From Promethearchaeota archaeon (GTDB taxonomy: Archaea; Asgardarchaeota; Thorarchaeia; Thorarchaeales; Thorarchaeaceae), in the NCBI GenBank assembly GCA_027031765.1, contig JALVPN010000051.1:1-6139 (forward strand): a stretch of DNA of 6,139 bases. The letters are read 5' to 3'. Shown piece by piece: positions 1 to 4,031 of this stretch. Numbering within the stretch: position 1 is the first letter of the stretch; every line of letters starts with the position of its first letter. Under the pieces are notes generated by a model. That model ran no database searches. It was not told the origin of the DNA and saw nothing but the letters and a program-made list of their open reading frames with translations. The translations under genes and the position numbers were made by a program.

Positions 1-1
1 T

Positions 2-1417
2 GTGTTTCTCGACGAGGACCTTGGGCCGTGCTCTGTTGCCACCAACATCCCCAGGGATGTCCTTGCGTCCGTGGGCGTCGACCTGGGCCGCGTGCGTGCC
101 GGGATTGTCCGCATCCCGGACTTCAAGGAGGTCGTGGCCCGCCTGAGGGCCAAGCAGCTGGTCGGTGACACGACCGCAAGGGGGGGATATCATGAGACCT
201 ACGGATATCATGAGACCTACTTCTGGGTGACAGTGCCGAGCGTGTGGACGCGGAACGAGACCCTGAGAATAAGGTTCCAGTGTGTGACTGACAGCAACAG
301 GCCCAAGACCTTCCCGGTGGCGTTCGAGGGGTATGACAATGATACCCCTACAAGCTACGTGCAGGAGTTCTCGGTCTCGGGCTACCTGCACGTCAGGAAC
401 GGTTACGGCTCCCAGGAGCTCAGGGTGCGCATCCCATTCACATCGGTGGGTGTGAAGAGGGGCGTGGCACGCGTCGGTGGCGCGCTGTTGTACAAGGACT
501 ACGGGTACAACTTCGTGCAGGTCTTCGGGCCGAGCGACCTGCCATATCTCCCGCCCAGGGATGTCATGTCGGATGCCTCGAACAATCCGCACTACTACTG
601 GGAGGGGCTCAGGAGCACCGACGGGTTCGGTATTCCAGACGAGTATGCCCTGTACCACAGTGACAGCTGGAAGGTCAGGTGGGCAGCTGCTCAGCTTGTC
701 GATGACTATCGCGTCCCGTGTGTGAGCGGGGCCGCCGTGATCATGACGTACCAGGTGCACAACAGGATGACCTACGACAAGGCCCTCACCGTGGGTGGTA
801 TTTTAGCCCTGCCGTACGGTGTGTCAGACTGGGAGGTCATGGACGCGGGATGGAGAGGTGTCTGTGACGAGTTCATGACCATGGAGGTCTCGATGCTCAG
901 GGCCCTCGGGATTCCGATGAGACACATCAGCGGAGGCGAGTCCCACACAGACCGCAATACGGGAAATCTTGTGACGAATGCTCATGCATGGTGCGAGGTC
1001 TGGACCGTTGACAACCTGTGGTGGGAAGGGGCACTGGATGAGGACTCGGATGAGGCCTGGAGGATGTGGGAGATTGGATACAAGTGTCCGTACGCCAGTC
1101 AGTGGGACTGGGACCCGACAAGGCCCGATGGGTTCATCTGGTTCTGGGACATATGGAAGAGCTGGGACAAGCCCAATGTGACAATGACATGGATACACGC
1201 TGACCCAACGATGCTCCTCTGGAACGACCCCAAGTTCCACCAGTCGTTTGAGTATCCCTACACATGGTTCTACGTCTGGTCATGCTGTAATGACAGCCTG
1301 TCCAACCATGACGGGAGTGATTGTGACGGCCTATTATCGCCCCACTGGCTTGGTGAGGACCCCCCGGGCGACTACGGCTATGGGGTTTCGTACTTCAGGC
1401 CAAACCAATATGTGTGA
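2..1417 (+). CDS. Transglutaminase-like (papain-fold, Cys-His-Asp) domain protein, 5'-partial
   Basis: Frame is open from the window edge, so GTG at 2 is probably an internal Val. Ordered motifs: VHNRMTYD; EVMDAGWRGVCDEF...SMLRALGIPMR (Cys288, 863-865); HAWCEVW (His328, 983-985); WIHADPT (Asp401, 1202-1204). These match the transglutaminase-like core pattern GxCxxxA...LRxxGIPxR...HAWxEV...W...DPT. Stop TGA at 1415-1417. Confidence 0.85.
   Translation: MFLDEDLGPCSVATNIPRDVLASVGVDLGRVRAGIVRIPDFKEVVARLRAKQLVGDTTARGGYHETYGYHETYFWVTVPSVWTRNETLRIRFQCVTDSNRPKTFPVAFEGYDNDTPTSYVQEFSVSGYLHVRNGYGSQELRVRIPFTSVGVKRGVARVGGALLYKDYGYNFVQVFGPSDLPYLPPRDVMSDASNNPHYYWEGLRSTDGFGIPDEYALYHSDSWKVRWAAAQLVDDYRVPCVSGAAVIMTYQVHNRMTYDKALTVGGILALPYGVSDWEVMDAGWRGVCDEFMTMEVSMLRALGIPMRHISGGESHTDRNTGNLVTNAHAWCEVWTVDNLWWEGALDEDSDEAWRMWEIGYKCPYASQWDWDPTRPDGFIWFWDIWKSWDKPNVTMTWIHADPTMLLWNDPKFHQSFEYPYTWFYVWSCCNDSLSNHDGSDCDGLLSPHWLGEDPPGDYGYGVSYFRPNQYV
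185..220 (+). repeat. Perfect in-frame 18-bp tandem duplication (GGATATCATGAGACCTAC x2, encoding GYHETY x2)
   Basis: 185-202 and 203-220 are identical and codon-aligned with the CDS. Confidence 0.97.
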
Positions 1418-1420
1418 GGT
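1416..1420 (+). promoter_or_regulatory. Candidate ribosome-binding site (GAGGT) for 1430..2437
   Basis: GAGGT overlaps the upstream stop codon and lies 9 nt before ATG 1430; suggests co-transcription or translational coupling. Confidence 0.45.
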
Positions 1421-1429
1421 TGGTGTGGG

Positions 1430-2437
1430 ATGAAAGAAGGCAGAGCTGCACTCATCATTCTGTTCCTCTTGACTACAGTCCTGTCCTACCAGGGTCTGTT
1501 GCGCTCTGGAGTGACTGTTGGGTGCCCCTCTGGATTCGGCTTACAACGGGGGACTGCTGATGTGGGATATGCAGTCGTCCTGGACATCACTGTGAACGGG
1601 AGTACGTACGAGTACAGGTCGAACAGTTCCACAGAACTCATACGGCATTATGCCCCCTCTCTCTTGGAAAACCAGTCAGTTGCGGCAATGGCTGGGAGAA
1701 CGGACGGCATGGTTGCCAGCTACGCCGGTGGGAACCTGCCCTACGCCGGTGGGAACCCGCCCTATGAGCTTCACATCGCTGCGTTCAACCAGACCACATA
1801 CGTGAACCTGTTCGTAGAGTTTGTCGCCCGGCGTCTTGACAACGGCACTGTTCAGGTCGACGACCTCCAGTCTTCCATCACGGTGTACGATGATGATGAC
1901 CTTGAATGTTCACACATCGACATCCTTGTCGCGACGCTAGCTGCAGCTCACAACCACTCCCTCGAACTCATTGACCGACATACGTTTGAGCCACAGCCGG
2001 GATACCCAGTCCTCCTATTGCCCGGGAAGCGCTCATTGTCGCGGGCGTGGGAGGGTATCCGGATGCGTATCGCGGGCGGGTGCTGCCACTACGAGGCACC
2101 ATCTCTCAGGGTGGACACAGCTGAGGTGCCCCTGTGGGTAGTGACAGCCACATACAACATGTCTGGGTCTGAGATTGATGAAATCCTAGCAGCCAAGTAC
2201 AACAGGTCTTACACCGGTGGAACCGACTGGTGGTGCCCGTGGCCGGTCACGTTCGTCTTCACTCTGAACGGGACTCTGCTGATGGTCGATAGCCCTCCTG
2301 TCACAGCCTGCATGACAACTGGCAACTCGACCATCACCAACACGACTGTCGGCCCATTGGTGGGTGTGTCTGGGACAGCCATGGCCGCGGTCGTGGTGGC
2401 GGTCGTGCTTGCTCGGTCCAAGCGAGGACATCGGTGA
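1430..2437 (+). CDS. Hypothetical membrane-anchored cell-surface (glyco)protein
   Basis: 335 aa. N-terminal K/R followed by a hydrophobic stretch (MKEGRAALIILFLLTTVLS). 11 N-x-S/T sequons. Thr-rich linker TTGNSTITNTT, C-terminal hydrophobic helix (GPLVGVSGTAMAAVVVAVVLA) and basic tail RSKRGHR. No recognised catalytic family. Confidence 0.8.
   Translation: MKEGRAALIILFLLTTVLSYQGLLRSGVTVGCPSGFGLQRGTADVGYAVVLDITVNGSTYEYRSNSSTELIRHYAPSLLENQSVAAMAGRTDGMVASYAGGNLPYAGGNPPYELHIAAFNQTTYVNLFVEFVARRLDNGTVQVDDLQSSITVYDDDDLECSHIDILVATLAAAHNHSLELIDRHTFEPQPGYPVLLLPGKRSLSRAWEGIRMRIAGGCCHYEAPSLRVDTAEVPLWVVTATYNMSGSEIDEILAAKYNRSYTGGTDWWCPWPVTFVFTLNGTLLMVDSPPVTACMTTGNSTITNTTVGPLVGVSGTAMAAVVVAVVLARSKRGHR
1720..1764 (+). 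repeat. In-frame 21-bp tandem duplication with 1 mismatch (YAGGNLP / YAGGNPP)
   Basis: CTACGCCGGTGGGAACCTGCC (1720-1740) and CTACGCCGGTGGGAACCCGCC (1741-1761) differ only at T1737/C1758, followed by a partial third CTA. Confidence 0.95.
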
Positions 2438-2772
2438 ACTCTCACGCTCTACGGGAGTGCAGTCCACCTGACGGTGCAGTGGCACCATTCCGCAGTGGGG
2501 TTCTTGGTGCATGCGAAAACAGACCGGGCCTTGTCCACACAACGGATGCACTCGACCCGGACAGGCCGACAGACCGCACCAGTCGGTCAGGACTGGGAGG
2601 TGTCCACACCGACACGCAGTGGCGCGAAACACTCGTGCGTGCTGCCCAATGCCTCTGATGTTCCTGTTCGAGGCACGCACACGGTACGCATTGCGACGAG
2701 GGCGTATGGAGGTGTGGCCACCTACACGGCTCCGTTCTTAGGCACTCCACATGGCAGCCGTCATCGAACGAG

Positions 2773-3900
2773 TTACCACCAACCTACAGGAGAAAGCTCT
2801 GCTCTCAGGTACTTCACATGGGGACAGGCTGACCTGAGCGCCTCGGCCTCATCGCGAAGAGCACTGCTGTAGAGATAGAGGCCCTTCAGGCTGCTCACGT
2901 CCCGGAGTGGCGTGATGTCTATGTGTTCGAAGCCATTTTCCTGGAGGTGCAGCCACTCAAGGTTGTGGCATTCTGCAAGTGGGGTCAGGTCTATGGACAC
3001 AAGCCCCATCCGTGCGAGGTCCAACACCCTGAGTTCTCTGCACCTTGCAAGTGGACTGAGGTCGAGTGTCCGAGCCCAGTTATCCCTCAGGCACAGGGTG
3101 CGCAGTCCGGGCCACTGCTCGAGTACCGTGAGGGACGGGTCTTTGAGCTCGTTACCACAGAGGTAGAGTCGCTCCATCTTTGAGCAAGTCCTCAGTGGTG
3201 AGAGGTCTACTGTCCGGAGCCCGTTCGTCGAGAGCGACAGCACTCTGAGCTCGGTGCACTTGGCAAGAGGCGACAGGTCAATGTGCTCAATGTTGTTGCA
3301 TGCGAGGGACAGGTGTCTCAGGCCCCTGCACTTTGCGAGCGGCTCCAGGTCCACTTCGGTGATCTCGTTCTCGCGCAGGCAGAGCCATTCGAGAGACTCG
3401 CAACGGGACAGTGGTGTGAGGTCGACATCTCTTAGCCGGTTCCTACCAAGGGAGAGGCGTCTGAGTGTCCTGCAGCTTGCCAGTGGCGTCAGGTCGATTT
3501 CTTCCAGACGGTTCTCTGCCAGCGCGAGCACTTCCAGTCTGGTACAGTCGGCCAGTGGCGTCAGGTCGACTGCAGCCAACAGGTTCGAGTCTAGGTCAAG
3601 TACACGCAGTCCCCGGCAGGCGCGGAGCGGGTCAAGGTCAATCTCTTCCAGGTGGTTTCCAGCCATGAGAAGGGACTCCAGTTGGGGCCAGTGTTGTACG
3701 CACGTCAGGTCAATGTGCGCAATCCCCCTCGTGTCCAGCCATAGCTCTGACGCACTGTCCTCGTAAGGTGTCTTTACACGAGTACCGTCCCGTCTTGTGT
3801 ACTCGATATGCAAAGCTACCGGTCTCTCCCACTGGTCATTGGACTCGTGTCCGGTCTGGGGGCGCCGAGATCCGTGCTGCCATAGCCCGTCTGCCCTCAT
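2773..3900 (-). CDS. Leucine-rich repeat protein (24-aa repeats), probably cytoplasmic
   Basis: Consensus LxxLxLxxNxLxxIDLxPLxxCxx in 11 full units plus partial flanking units. No signal peptide or TM helix. Stop TAA at 2773-2775. Start uncertain: ATG 3900 has no SD, and TTG at 3813, just before HIEYTRRDG, has GGGAG 12 nt upstream. Confidence 0.92.
   Translation of the reverse strand: MRADGLWQHGSRRPQTGHESNDQWERPVALHIEYTRRDGTRVKTPYEDSASELWLDTRGIAHIDLTCVQHWPQLESLLMAGNHLEEIDLDPLRACRGLRVLDLDSNLLAAVDLTPLADCTRLEVLALAENRLEEIDLTPLASCRTLRRLSLGRNRLRDVDLTPLSRCESLEWLCLRENEITEVDLEPLAKCRGLRHLSLACNNIEHIDLSPLAKCTELRVLSLSTNGLRTVDLSPLRTCSKMERLYLCGNELKDPSLTVLEQWPGLRTLCLRDNWARTLDLSPLARCRELRVLDLARMGLVSIDLTPLAECHNLEWLHLQENGFEHIDITPLRDVSSLKGLYLYSSALRDEAEALRSACPHVKYLRAELSPVGWW
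2890..3681 (-). repeat. LRR array: 11 x 72 bp coding repeats (aa 74-337)
   Basis: Units begin LESLL, LRVLD, LEVLA, LRRLS, LEWLC, LRHLS, LRVLS, MERLY, LRTLC, LRVLD and LEWLH at exact 24-aa spacing. The 19-mer GCCAGTGGCGTCAGGTCGA occurs at 3479 and 3551, 72 bp apart. Confidence 0.95.
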
Positions 3901-4031
3901 ATGTCTTTGTGCGCCGACGGGCGTCTTGTTATGCCATTGACTCCTACCGACCCCTGTGTCCGGAAGACGCGTTGTTGCACAGGGAGTGGTCCTGACGAGC
4001 GGGCCAGAACAGAGCGCTCTAACACCGGGTG

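Noticed and set aside
477-1433. Alternative-frame and antisense ORFs over gene 1 (477-725, 772-957, 824-1240, 927-1121, 978-1181, 1248-1433)
   Set aside because: Shadow ORFs of a motif-supported CDS in GC-rich sequence.
2434-2658. 74-aa + ORF with a GTGA overlap on the gene 2 stop
   Set aside because: The overlap is suggestive, but the product has no recognisable features, is short for GC-rich DNA and competes with several overlapping ORFs.
2186-2680. Antisense ORFs 2186-2680, 2209-2445 and + ORF 2511-2741
   Set aside because: They overlap gene 2 or each other, with low-complexity Arg/Thr/Cys products and no motifs.
2442-2750. 102-aa - ORF downstream of the LRR gene with CVPCAC
   Set aside because: No canonical paired CxxC metal-binding pattern; Ser/Arg/Pro-rich composition typical of non-coding frames.
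2438-2772. RNase P RNA, SRP RNA, tRNA or SECIS in the long intergenic region
   Set aside because: No GAGGAAAGUCC-like P4 motif, no SRP helix 8 motif (GTCAGG at 2586 lacks the downstream AGCA), no cloverleaf, and no RUGA...GA core with a proper stem.
2890-3681. 72-bp periodic DNA repeats resembling CRISPR spacing
   Set aside because: The repeats are degenerate, codon-phased and fully explained by the LRR protein; there are no invariant repeats with unique spacers.
2773-3900. LRR gene as a diversity-generating retroelement target
   Set aside because: No reverse transcriptase and no template/variable repeat pair differing at adenines in the window.
2912-3995. + strand ORFs opposite the LRR gene (2912-3166, 2923-3183, 3254-3766, 3465-3668, 3768-3995)
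   Set aside because: Their periodicity (e.g. ASGVRS) is the reverse complement of the LRR repeats.
3992-4022. CTGACGAG resembling a hammerhead ribozyme core
   Set aside because: No GAAA follows a stem II; the core is incomplete.
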